Of a stretch of 32,000 nt of DNA, positions 24,020 to 32,000 are shown one piece after another. Under the pieces are notes generated by a model. That model was given only the letters and a program-made list of their open reading frames with translations, was not told the origin of the DNA and ran no database searches. A program made the translations under genes and the position numbers. Numbering within the stretch: position 1 is the stretch's first letter; every line of letters begins with the position of its first letter. The DNA is from Pseudomonadota bacterium (GTDB lineage Bacteria > Pseudomonadota > Gammaproteobacteria > Burkholderiales > Burkholderiaceae): assembly GCA_041179505.1 (NCBI GenBank), contig JBEGTH010000012.1:1-32000 (forward strand), written 5' to 3'.

Positions 24020-24333
24020 TTAACTCCCTCGTGATGATTTTTCGAGTGCTCTTCGCTTGTTGGCGCCACATCAGCCTGAGCAGCTTCTTTTGCATACACT
24101 TTCCATCCGCCGATCTTTTGGACGGTAGCGTTAGCCTGCCTCCAAGGAATGATCTCCTCTTCCGAATAAGGCTGATAATTTTTAAATACTGACGTGTACT
24201 GCAGCGACTCGGCAATAGACTTTGCCGAAGAACCATTTACCGCCGCATCTTGCGCCGATGCAACTGGACTACCTAGTAATGTGAGCGCCAATAGAAACAT
24301 TCCATTGCCCCACATGCATTTAAATATGCTCAT
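24016..24333 (-). CDS. Small secreted protein (105 aa), unknown function, copper-operon associated
   Basis: Trimmed to the ATG at 24333 (GGAG 6 nt upstream). Signal peptide MFLLALTLLGSPVASA. The C-terminus is SEEHSKNHHEGVK. Confidence 0.65.
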   Translation of the reverse strand: MSIFKCMWGNGMFLLALTLLGSPVASAQDAAVNGSSAKSIAESLQYTSVFKNYQPYSEEEIIPWRQANATVQKIGGWKVYAKEAAQADVAPTSEEHSKNHHEGVK

Positions 24334-24399
24334 AATTTCTCCAATAGACAAACGTAGCGACAAGACTTGTCGCCAAAATCTACTTACTACTGAGGAAAT

Positions 24400-24768
24400 T
24401 TAAATCCGAGGGGGTTTGTAAATGCTACCTAGCGATTGGCCGAGTGCCAAAGTAGGAGCGTAAGGCAGTAGATTGTCCGCATACTGCAAAGGAGCAACTA
24501 CGGAGGATGAAACTGTTAAATCAGCAATACCAACGCAGCACTGAGAAGCGGTATGGCACTTTGTAGCCACTTTCTTTGCCGACTTTTCTATCGATGAAGT
24601 GCAATCGTTACATTGCTTATGCTGCATATGAGAGTCGGCATTATCGGCATGAGTCGCAGCTTGGGACTGGTGCGCATAGTGTTGATCGGAAACGAATAGG
24701 GGCATGCTAGCCGCATGAATCAGGCTAATAAAAAAACTTAAACATAAGAAAACGCATACTTTCCGCAT
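24400..24768 (-). CDS. Small secreted Cys/His-rich protein (122 aa), first gene of the copper array
   Basis: Signal peptide MRKVCVFLCLSFFISLIHA. The mature part contains HQSQAATHADNADSHMQHKQCNDCTS...KCHTASQCCVG. Confidence 0.65.
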   Translation of the reverse strand: MRKVCVFLCLSFFISLIHAASMPLFVSDQHYAHQSQAATHADNADSHMQHKQCNDCTSSIEKSAKKVATKCHTASQCCVGIADLTVSSSVVAPLQYADNLLPYAPTLALGQSLGSIYKPPRI

Positions 24769-25018
24769 TGTTCAATATTACACTGAATTTAGCGTTTTGT
24801 CAGCCGCCCCCAACTGCCCAATTTTGAGCGTACCCAAGCCAGCCCATGCGAATCACCCAGTTTTAACGTCAGTAAGCCATCCCAATAGAAGTCACTTGAC
24901 CATCATGTAACCGGACACTCCACAGTCGGGTCAAACCGACACTAAATCAATGGGGTCAAAAATGGATCAAACCACCTAAGATAGCCTATGAACTGGCATG
25001 ATTAGCGTCTCGTTACGT

Positions 25019-25188
25019 GACACTTGTTAGCATAATTTCAGATTTAGGTTTCGGCGACCTGAATTATTTACCGTCGGTTTAACCGACACTACAGCGTCAT
25101 GTCTGAGATAGACTGTTGCTGTACATAAAAGTAGACCTTCATCACACTTACCGATGGCAGGCAGAGTTCGACCCAAAGCAGACCTTGG
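25019..25188. repeat. Non-coding repeated module, copy B (with a ~50-bp insertion relative to copy A)
   Basis: Same ordered blocks as 11096..11212. It contains the perfect 7-1-7 palindrome GTCGGTT-T-AACCGAC at 25073..25087. A third related palindrome, GTCGGGTCAAACCGAC, is at 24925..24940. Confidence 0.6.
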
Positions 25189-25272
25189 CGGAACATGGCT
25201 CCACTAATCAACGATAGCAATCCGATTACTTCACAACAGCCCAATCTATAGGCTAAATTGAGGTGATTTAAC

Positions 25273-25641
25273 TTATAAATTAAACCTTGCTGTAATCACT
25301 TTCGCCTTTATCTTGATAACTGCTATGGCCTTAGCCCCTTTGGGAATAGCGAAGCTTCCTTTCAGTTCGAATTTGCCTCCATTAGGCAGCAGCTCATAAT
25401 CTTTTTTCTCTGATCCAATTAAGACTGTCAGCTTTGCTGTCCCACCGTCTGGAGGTATAGGTTTACCGTGGTCCGTCAAATACAGCGATAGGCTATCAGG
25501 CTTTGTAACCAATTCAACATCAATGTCCTTAGCCTCGACTATGACACCGCCATGCATTGGCTTTAAATCATGGCCAGCTCCAGCTTGAGCTAAGCCAGTA
25601 AAACTGATGAGCAAGGTTGCAATTACCATCATTGATTTCAT
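25273..25641 (-). CDS. Periplasmic accessory protein (122 aa) of the RND operon, unknown family
   Basis: Signal peptide ..GLAQA, then GAGHDLKPMHGG. Beta-rich. Shares SLYLTD...GTAKLTVLIGSEK...PNGGKFEL with the 29827 product. Confidence 0.75.
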   Translation of the reverse strand: MKSMMVIATLLISFTGLAQAGAGHDLKPMHGGVIVEAKDIDVELVTKPDSLSLYLTDHGKPIPPDGGTAKLTVLIGSEKKDYELLPNGGKFELKGSFAIPKGAKAIAVIKIKAKVITARFNL

Positions 25642-25656
25642 ATAGACTCCTTAAAA

Positions 25657-28600
25657 TTAAAATACTTCATTAGTTTTCATATTGCTCATGGCTATTTCGG
25701 ATGCTTTTTTCCCATAAAGCCAAAACATGACTGGCGTTAAAAAGGTATCTAATAAGGTGGAACTGATGAGCCCGCAGAAAATAACAACTGCTACTGGATG
25801 CAATATCTCTGTACCAGGACGCTCTGCTTCAAATAACAATGGTGCCAAGGCAAAAGCTGTGACCAAAGCCGTCATTAGTACAGGACTTAAGCGCTCAATT
25901 GATCCGCGAATAATCATTGACAGGCTAAACGATTCACCTTCTGACTGCATCAAATTTAGGTAATGGCTAATTTTTAAGATTCCGTTACGCACAGATATTC
26001 CTGCTAGCGTGATAAATCCTATTAATGCAGCAATCGAGAGTGGCTGGCCTGAAATCCACAAACCTATCACTGCTCCGACCATAGCTAATGGAATGTTAGA
26101 CATAATCATTAAAGATAAGCGCATGGACTTATAGCGATTATATAAAACCGCAAACATCAAAAGAAATGATCCAATTGATAGCAAACTAATTACTTTAGAT
26201 GCCTCTTCTTGCGCTTTAAATTGACCATCTAAGGTAATAAAGTAACCCTCTGGAAGAGTTTGATTAGAAATAATAGTTCTAATGTCAGCCACGATATCCG
26301 ACAGGGCACGCTTTGATGCATTAGCCGATAAGACAATTCTTCGCTTACCGCCGTCTCTGCTAATTTGATTTGGGCCATCCCCATCCTCAATGCTAGCAAT
26401 TTTTGAGAGTGGAATTTTTCCATTTGGCGTATCAATCAAGATATCAGCAAGACCTTCTAAATTTCTTGCTGAGTCTGGTAACTTGATCACTAAGGCAAAC
26501 CGTCGATTACCTTCAATAATTTGTGAGAGTCTCTCCCCCTCAACCATGCCCTGCAAGGTGGCCATAATCTGAGATGTTGAAACCCCGTATTGCGCTGCTT
26601 TATCGTAATCAATTCGGACCTTAATTTGTGGCGCTAAAACCTGCTTTTCTATTTCCAAATCAACTAAGCCTTCAATGCCCGCTAATTTGGATCTCAAAAG
26701 ATCGGCTTGGCTACGCAGCACGTCTAAATCATCGCCAAAAATCTTAATCGCAATTTGCGACCGAACTCCTGAAAGCATGTGATCTATTCGATGTGAGATT
26801 GGCTGACCGATCGCAATTGCAGCGGGTAAGTTAACTAATCTTGACCTGATATCTGCCTGTATCTCAGCCATGGAGCGATCTAAATCACCCGCAGGCTTTA
26901 AACCAACATCTAACTCGCTAACGTGTACACCTTCCGCATGCTCGTCCAACTCTGCGCGGCCACTCCTGCGTCCAACATAAGTCACTTCAGGAACCTGCCT
27001 GACTAACTTTTCTGCTTGGCTAGCTACGCCTGCCGATTCAGAGAGAGAGACACCAGGATTTAAACGCAGTCCGATCAGTAAAGTCCCTTCGTTAAAGGGC
27101 GGTAAAAATGAGCTCGCCATAAAGGGAACACTGGCAGCAGCTACTATGACAGATGCAAAAGCATACATCAGAGGCTTTTTAGGCGTCGTTAACAACCTTG
27201 ATAACTGAACCTCATAATGGCTTTTAAGCCAAGTGACAATCTTTGTATCGTGATCCCTCAGGGACTGCATTGAGGGCAGCAGATAAAAGCAGAGTACTGG
27301 CGTAATAGTGACTGATACTAAAAGTGATGCAATAGTAGAGACTATAAATGCAATACCTAAAGGCACAAATAGTCGCCCCTCTATACCTGGCAATGCAAAT
27401 AATGGGATGAATACCAAAACGATGATGGCTGTAGCGTAGATAATTCCGGTTCTCACCTCAAGCGAAGCAGCTCTCACAATCGCTAATGGAGTTAATTGGT
27501 CTAAAGATGCTTTATCTAGGTTTACTCTGAGGCGACGAATTACGTTTTCCACATCAACTACTGCATCATCAACTAGGCCACCGATTGCAATGGCTAGGCC
27601 TCCTAAGGTCATCGTATTAATTGATAAACCAAAGTACTTAAAAACTAAGGCAGTTAACAGAATTGAAACTGGAATTGCTGTTAATGAGATGAGAACTGGG
27701 CGAATTGTTCCTAAAAAGAAATACAGCACTAAAGCAACAAAGATTGATGCGCCAATGAGCTTACCCTCTAAAGTGCTAATGGATGCATCAATAAAGCTCG
27801 CCTGCCTAAATGTTACTTTTGGAGCTTCCATGCCAGTTGGCAAGCCCTGCTTTAATTCTGCAATAGCTGATTCAATCTTTTTTGTAAGCGCTACCGTATC
27901 TGCTGAAGGTTGTTTTTGTACACCTAGAATGACTGCTGGCCCACCTTCATAACCGGCATCACCTCGCTTAACTGCTGGTGCAAAGGTAATATCCGCGACC
28001 TGTCTTAAAAGTATTGTTTGTCCATTTCGGTTCGATACGGCAATGTTCTTTAAATCTTCAAGGCTAGAAGTTCGCCCTATATGACGAATAAGATACTCAC
28101 GATTATTAGACTCAAGAAATCCACCAGACGTATTTGCAGAATAGCCCCGCAATGCATCTTCAATCTGCAATATGCTAAGACCTAGCTCCGCCATACGGCG
28201 AGTATTGGGTTGCACTTGAAACTGCCTGACTTGCCCGCCAATAGGAATGACTTGCGCTACCCCGGGGATAGCCATCAATCTGGGTCGCAAAACCCAATCA
28301 GCATACTCGCGAACCTGCATGGATGAAATCTTAGATTCATCAATCGGAATGGCAATTTGCATAATCTCACCCATGATCGAACTTATGGGTCCCATACGCG
28401 AAACAATGCCATCCGGAATTGCTCCGTCCATAGATGAGAGTCTTTCTGAAACCATTTGCCTAGCGCGATAGATGTCTACAGACCAGTCAAAAGTAACGTA
28501 TATGAAAGAGAGACCAGCGCTAGATACTGAGCGAATAGCTTCTACTCCTGGTAAACCGTTCATAGCGGTTTCGAGTGGGAATGTAATGAGTTGTTCAACT

Positions 28601-28779
28601 TCTTCTGAAGCCATTCCGCCAGCCTCGGTCATGATGGTGACAGTAGGCTTATTCAAATCGGGAAAGACATCCACAGGCATCTTGCTTAAGGTGTACGCAC
28701 CATAGACCATAGATATAGCACTGAGCAAAATCACTATCATGCGATTTTTTAAGCTGAAATCTAATAACCAAGTAAACAT
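25657..28779 (-). CDS. Heavy-metal efflux RND permease (HME family, CusA/CzcA-like)
   Basis: 1040 aa, 12-TM RND architecture. The N-terminus is ...MPVDVFPDLNKPTVTIMTEAGGMASEEVEQLITFPLE. The TM4 motif is AIGGLVDDAVVDVEN. Confidence 0.9.
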   Translation of the reverse strand: MFTWLLDFSLKNRMIVILLSAISMVYGAYTLSKMPVDVFPDLNKPTVTIMTEAGGMASEEVEQLITFPLETAMNGLPGVEAIRSVSSAGLSFIYVTFDWSVDIYRARQMVSERLSSMDGAIPDGIVSRMGPISSIMGEIMQIAIPIDESKISSMQVREYADWVLRPRLMAIPGVAQVIPIGGQVRQFQVQPNTRRMAELGLSILQIEDALRGYSANTSGGFLESNNREYLIRHIGRTSSLEDLKNIAVSNRNGQTILLRQVADITFAPAVKRGDAGYEGGPAVILGVQKQPSADTVALTKKIESAIAELKQGLPTGMEAPKVTFRQASFIDASISTLEGKLIGASIFVALVLYFFLGTIRPVLISLTAIPVSILLTALVFKYFGLSINTMTLGGLAIAIGGLVDDAVVDVENVIRRLRVNLDKASLDQLTPLAIVRAASLEVRTGIIYATAIIVLVFIPLFALPGIEGRLFVPLGIAFIVSTIASLLVSVTITPVLCFYLLPSMQSLRDHDTKIVTWLKSHYEVQLSRLLTTPKKPLMYAFASVIVAAASVPFMASSFLPPFNEGTLLIGLRLNPGVSLSESAGVASQAEKLVRQVPEVTYVGRRSGRAELDEHAEGVHVSELDVGLKPAGDLDRSMAEIQADIRSRLVNLPAAIAIGQPISHRIDHMLSGVRSQIAIKIFGDDLDVLRSQADLLRSKLAGIEGLVDLEIEKQVLAPQIKVRIDYDKAAQYGVSTSQIMATLQGMVEGERLSQIIEGNRRFALVIKLPDSARNLEGLADILIDTPNGKIPLSKIASIEDGDGPNQISRDGGKRRIVLSANASKRALSDIVADIRTIISNQTLPEGYFITLDGQFKAQEEASKVISLLSIGSFLLMFAVLYNRYKSMRLSLMIMSNIPLAMVGAVIGLWISGQPLSIAALIGFITLAGISVRNGILKISHYLNLMQSEGESFSLSMIIRGSIERLSPVLMTALVTAFALAPLLFEAERPGTEILHPVAVVIFCGLISSTLLDTFLTPVMFWLYGKKASEIAMSNMKTNEVF

Positions 28780-28789
28780 GTCTTAGTCC

Positions 28790-29830
28790 TTAACGAATTT
28801 GATTGATGAGTGATGCCCCATCAGTAATGACTCGTTCACCATCTTTAATACCGCTTGTAATAACGATGCTCTGACCATCTAAAGGCTCATATACAACCAT
28901 TCTTGGCTCAAATATTTCTGGGGACTTTTTAATCCAGACAATTGTTTGGTTCGAGCTACTTTTGACTAATGATTTTGAAGGCGCCTTTACTCCAGTGACC
29001 TTGCTATCGGTATTTACGAATACTCGAATGGGCTGACCTATGGGTAAAAATTGGAGATCGTCCGATTTAGCAGAAAAAGTAAGAGGCAAGGCTTGCTCTC
29101 TGAGGGTCTGTCCACCACCAAGATACTTGAGCTCGATCACTTTGCCATTAACATCCACTTTGCCATCAGCAATGTTCTTACTCAGACTTGAATCATAGGC
29201 AAGCGCTTCTATTAATAGCTTGGATGGATTAACGACCTCAAAGATTAGATCTCTTGCTTGCACTACTTGGCCAGATACGACACCCGTAGTAGAAATAATT
29301 CCGCTGACTGGGGCTCTTAATTCCTCGTTTGCGACAGCCGCCTCTGCCTCTTCAATAGTCTTACGTGGAACCGTATCGCTAAGATCTCTCAAACGCTTCA
29401 GTCGACTTTCCGCAAGTGATCTTGATTTTCCTGGGCCAGCCTCTGGCGTTACATACGCCAAGACATCGCCTTTACTTACCTTCTGTCCGGGCAATGGAAA
29501 ACCAGCTGGTCCCGGCGTAATACGGCCAGCAACAATCGCCTGCACCTTACCGCCAAAGTTGGGATCCATGATGACTTTTCCAGCTAAATCATAGGTTTTG
29601 GCATATTCACCGAACTGGCCAGGAGTTGTCATCACTTGTAACTGGCGTTGCGCAGGCTTGGGAATAAAAAGGCTGCCGTCCGACTGTCTTTTCGGGACGT
29701 CGCCCTGAACTTGGGATGCTTCCGACTCGCCATGACCTTGCCCAGCATGAACCTTAAAAGCAAATAGCGTCACAGATAAACCAATAAGGACAATAGAGCG
29801 AAATCCAAAATCTCTTTGTTTGCGATTCAT
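28790..29830 (-). CDS. Membrane-fusion (periplasmic adaptor) protein, CusB/CzcB-like
   Basis: Signal/anchor, then GQGHGES. Lipoyl and beta-barrel hallmarks (KGDVLAYV...APVSGII...GQVV). ATGA overlaps the upstream gene. Confidence 0.85.
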   Translation of the reverse strand: MNRKQRDFGFRSIVLIGLSVTLFAFKVHAGQGHGESEASQVQGDVPKRQSDGSLFIPKPAQRQLQVMTTPGQFGEYAKTYDLAGKVIMDPNFGGKVQAIVAGRITPGPAGFPLPGQKVSKGDVLAYVTPEAGPGKSRSLAESRLKRLRDLSDTVPRKTIEEAEAAVANEELRAPVSGIISTTGVVSGQVVQARDLIFEVVNPSKLLIEALAYDSSLSKNIADGKVDVNGKVIELKYLGGGQTLREQALPLTFSAKSDDLQFLPIGQPIRVFVNTDSKVTGVKAPSKSLVKSSSNQTIVWIKKSPEIFEPRMVVYEPLDGQSIVITSGIKDGERVITDGASLINQIR

Positions 29831-30399
29831 ACCCGCTCCTTTATTTGTTTGATTAATTTTTTTGCATGCGTCATCAACACCTCTTTCTTACGATAAGAAA
29901 AATAGGCGACTGCCATCAAGAGGCTGAAATAAAGCAAGATCTTTATTGCTGATTTCCAAGTGATCAATGAGGGGCGTTCAAAGGAACTTAGATCGATAGT
30001 GGCTGCTAGTATGTCGGTAACATCATCATCGTTAACCGTGATGGTGATCGCAGTAGGCTGATCTTTAATTTTATTTTTTAGGCGAAAGAGATACTCTCCA
30101 TCGCCATGAGGCTCTGAACTAATTTTAGAGCCCTCAAGCTCAATTTCAACCTTAGCTCCTTTGACCAATTCATTGGAGGAGTAGCGATCTAGGTAGAGCG
30201 TGATTTCCTTACCATTGATCACTCCTACCGCCTCATAGAGATCAGATTCAGCATAAAAGCGAGGTAATGATTGAGTTTGTGCAGTGGTGGGTTTTTCCTC
30301 CCCATGACCAGGGCCTGCATAAGCTGCCGATGCGATTGTCAGAGATAGCGCAATTAATAGTTTTGACGCCAACTGACTATATTTATTCAATAAATTCAT
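29827..30399 (-). CDS. Accessory protein (190 aa): signal peptide, periplasmic beta-domain, C-terminal TM anchor
   Basis: Trimmed to MNLLNKYSQLASKLLIALSLTIASAAYA, then GPGHGEE. The C-terminal TM segment is ILLYFSLLMAVAYFSY, followed by a basic tail. Paralogous to the 25273 product. Confidence 0.7.
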   Translation of the reverse strand: MNLLNKYSQLASKLLIALSLTIASAAYAGPGHGEEKPTTAQTQSLPRFYAESDLYEAVGVINGKEITLYLDRYSSNELVKGAKVEIELEGSKISSEPHGDGEYLFRLKNKIKDQPTAITITVNDDDVTDILAATIDLSSFERPSLITWKSAIKILLYFSLLMAVAYFSYRKKEVLMTHAKKLIKQIKERV

Positions 30400-30412
30400 A
30401 GTTAAAGTGACC

Positions 30413-31696
30413 TTACTCTGGTAACAGGCCAAGGGCCTGTCGTAAATTTGAAACTGAAACTGCGTAATTGATTTTTGCAATCGCAGCCTGCCTATTTGCA
30501 TCCACTGCTTCTAGCTCAATACGTAGTCTTGTGGGCAAATCGGTTTCACCAAAGCGAAATGATTTGTCAAAAAATTGACGTGTTTCATTGGCTAAGTTAG
30601 ACCTCTTATCTGCGGCGTCAAGCTTCATTTTTGCCGACTTCACTAAAGCCACATTTGATTCCACATTACTTAATGCAGACTCTCGCTCATAGGACAATCG
30701 AACCTCTGAATCGACCATCTCAGCAGTAGCACTGGCCAATCTATTGGTATTGCGAGCATCAGAGCCAAAAGGAATTCTTAACCCAACAGTAACTGATTGC
30801 TGATACGGAACGCCATAGACTTCACGGCCCTTAGTAGTCCATATTTGCAATTGTGGGGAAGCCCGAGTTTGAGATTTTGCTAAGTCAAGCGCTTTTTTAG
30901 CAACCTCTAACTGATCTACAAGGGCTGCAACGATTGGCAAACTAGAATCTAGTCCTGACAGGTTTTCAGGAACCTTAGGCAACGGTTCAATATTTTTAGC
31001 AATGTCACCGAATTGGATTTTCTTGAGATACTCACTTCCTAATAAAGTACGCACCCTTTGCTCAGCATTAATTACGTTGGCCTGCGCTTCGACCAAATAA
31101 GCTTCTGATGATGCGAGGGCGCCATTGGCCTGATGAAGATCTGCGCGAGATAAGTCTCCAGCCTTAAATCTCTTTTCAACGTCAAGAGCTAAGCTCTTTG
31201 CATTCTCATGCCTACGTAGCGCTAAATCAGACTCAATTTTTGATTTCTGGTAATTCCAATAGGTATCCCTTACTTCAGCTGCAATTCTTAATTGGGATAG
31301 ATAGTATTGAGACAAAAGCTTTTTATATTCAGCGTCCGCTAAATTAATTGAGCTTGACCGCTCATTCCATAACCATAGGGGGATATCTAAACCCAGTATG
31401 GTCTCACTAGCACCTTGATTACTGTTAGTTCTATCGGTCTTTTGCGACACTTCCACCGAAGCGGGGCTTACCAAAAGGCTGCTAGCAATTTTTTGCTTAG
31501 CAAGCGCGGCCTCTACTCGATACTGATAGGACTTATAGTCAGGTTGGCGCTCCCATGAAGATTCATAGAAGGACTTTAAGGTCGATCCACCTTTAAGCTC
31601 GGCATTAGCAAACGCTATTGGCGATCCCAATATAAAAACCAATCCAGTAAATTGAATGACGCAGCGACGAACTACGCCCGAATACTCTCGCAACAT
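30413..31696 (-). CDS. Outer-membrane factor (CzcC/CusC-like, TolC family)
   Basis: 427 aa with a signal peptide. Two OEP-type repeats. Located at the head of the RND operon. Confidence 0.85.
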   Translation of the reverse strand: MLREYSGVVRRCVIQFTGLVFILGSPIAFANAELKGGSTLKSFYESSWERQPDYKSYQYRVEAALAKQKIASSLLVSPASVEVSQKTDRTNSNQGASETILGLDIPLWLWNERSSSINLADAEYKKLLSQYYLSQLRIAAEVRDTYWNYQKSKIESDLALRRHENAKSLALDVEKRFKAGDLSRADLHQANGALASSEAYLVEAQANVINAEQRVRTLLGSEYLKKIQFGDIAKNIEPLPKVPENLSGLDSSLPIVAALVDQLEVAKKALDLAKSQTRASPQLQIWTTKGREVYGVPYQQSVTVGLRIPFGSDARNTNRLASATAEMVDSEVRLSYERESALSNVESNVALVKSAKMKLDAADKRSNLANETRQFFDKSFRFGETDLPTRLRIELEAVDANRQAAIAKINYAVSVSNLRQALGLLPE

Positions 31697-31725
31697 AAAA
31701 ACTCCATTTGTTTGTTCAAAACAGA

Positions 31726-31765
31726 GTTAGCGAGAGAAGAAGAATTAGGTTAAGGCTCTCGCTAA
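31726..31765 (-). other. Intercistronic 11-bp-stem hairpin
   Basis: GTTAGCGAGAG-(18 nt)-CTCTCGCTAAC, between the small upstream gene (stop at 31794) and the OMF start (31696). Confidence 0.5.
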
Positions 31766-31793
31766 CTTAGGCGAGAGCGAACCAATTGGGTTT

Positions 31794-32000
31794 TTCAGGA
31801 GGGGGAGGAGAAATATTGACTAAAAACTCCACTCGAGCATCTTCATAATGAAAGATGGTAGTGGCAATTGAAATGGTAAAAGTGGAGTGCAATGCTGGAG
31901 AATGCGCCAAATGACAGACTCCACAATCAGAATCGTAGCTTGCAGAATCGCTAGCTGAGGCAATACTGACTGGCTTCTCATGCTCGTGATGTGAAACATG
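31794..32000 (-). CDS. Partial small His/Cys-rich protein (C-terminal 68 aa; the start lies beyond the window)
   Basis: Not in the ORF track because it is truncated. My translation is ..HVSHHEHEKPVSIASASDSASYDSDCGVCHLAHSPALHSTFTISIATTIFHYEDARVEFLVNISPPPS, with a TGA stop at 31796..31794. Confidence 0.5.

Noticed and set aside
25727-29594. Plus-strand ORFs inside the RND and MFP genes (25727-25963, 26390-26572, 27590-27952, 28247-28471, 28472-28705, 29220-29594) and the minus-strand out-of-frame ORF 26229-26435.
   Set aside because: They are fully nested within confidently assigned genes. They are typical shadow ORFs.
1-32000. CRISPR arrays, rRNA genes and IS elements or transposases.
   Set aside because: I saw no regularly spaced 25-40 bp direct repeats, no rRNA-like conserved stretches and no DDE or transposase-like ORFs. 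The only recombinases are the two tyrosine enzymes, and the only HUH protein is the Rep-like one.

Overview
The window looks like a moderately AT-rich proteobacterial chromosome. Protein flavour suggests Burkholderiales, but that is inference only. It splits into three blocks.

(1) 1-1353: the 3' part of an AmiC-type cell-wall amidase gene, followed by tRNA-Lys(UUU). The amidase frame is broken by an internal out-of-frame deletion exactly where the catalytic HGG motif should be.

(2) 1335-10981: a ~9.6 kb integrative island inserted in the 3' end of tRNA-Lys and bounded by an exact 19-bp direct repeat.
- It carries a 460-aa tyrosine integrase and a second tyrosine recombinase that is catalytic-domain-only.
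- It carries an HUH (rolling-circle Rep-like) gene bracketed by ~26-bp inverted repeats, next to a hairpin-rich spacer.
- It carries several orphan genes.
- It carries a tightly packed 5-6 gene minus-strand operon (3434-6581) whose products I cannot assign to any family. This operon is my best candidate for an undescribed system.
- An identical 19-nt site with a perfect 16-bp palindromic core occurs twice inside the island (4042, 10454).

(3) 10982-32000: a ~21 kb heavy-metal resistance region, all on the minus strand except cadR.
- A Met-rich LTXXQ protein, a CadA/ZntA-type ATPase and divergent cadR with a textbook MerR-type 19-bp-spacer promoter.
- A 13-gene copper array running 24768 to 14624: two small secreted proteins, a TolC-like OMF, a multicopper oxidase, a cupredoxin, DUF411, CusF, CopZ, LemA-TPM-TPM, a Cu-ATPase and DUF2789.
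- A ~120-170 bp repeated non-coding module at 11.1 kb and 25.0 kb.
- An atypical HME-RND operon (OMF, accessory protein, MFP, RND, accessory protein) headed by a partial small His/Cys protein at the window edge.

I saw no CRISPR array, rRNA or recognisable transposase. All calls come from reading the ORF translations and the DNA by eye. No database search was run.
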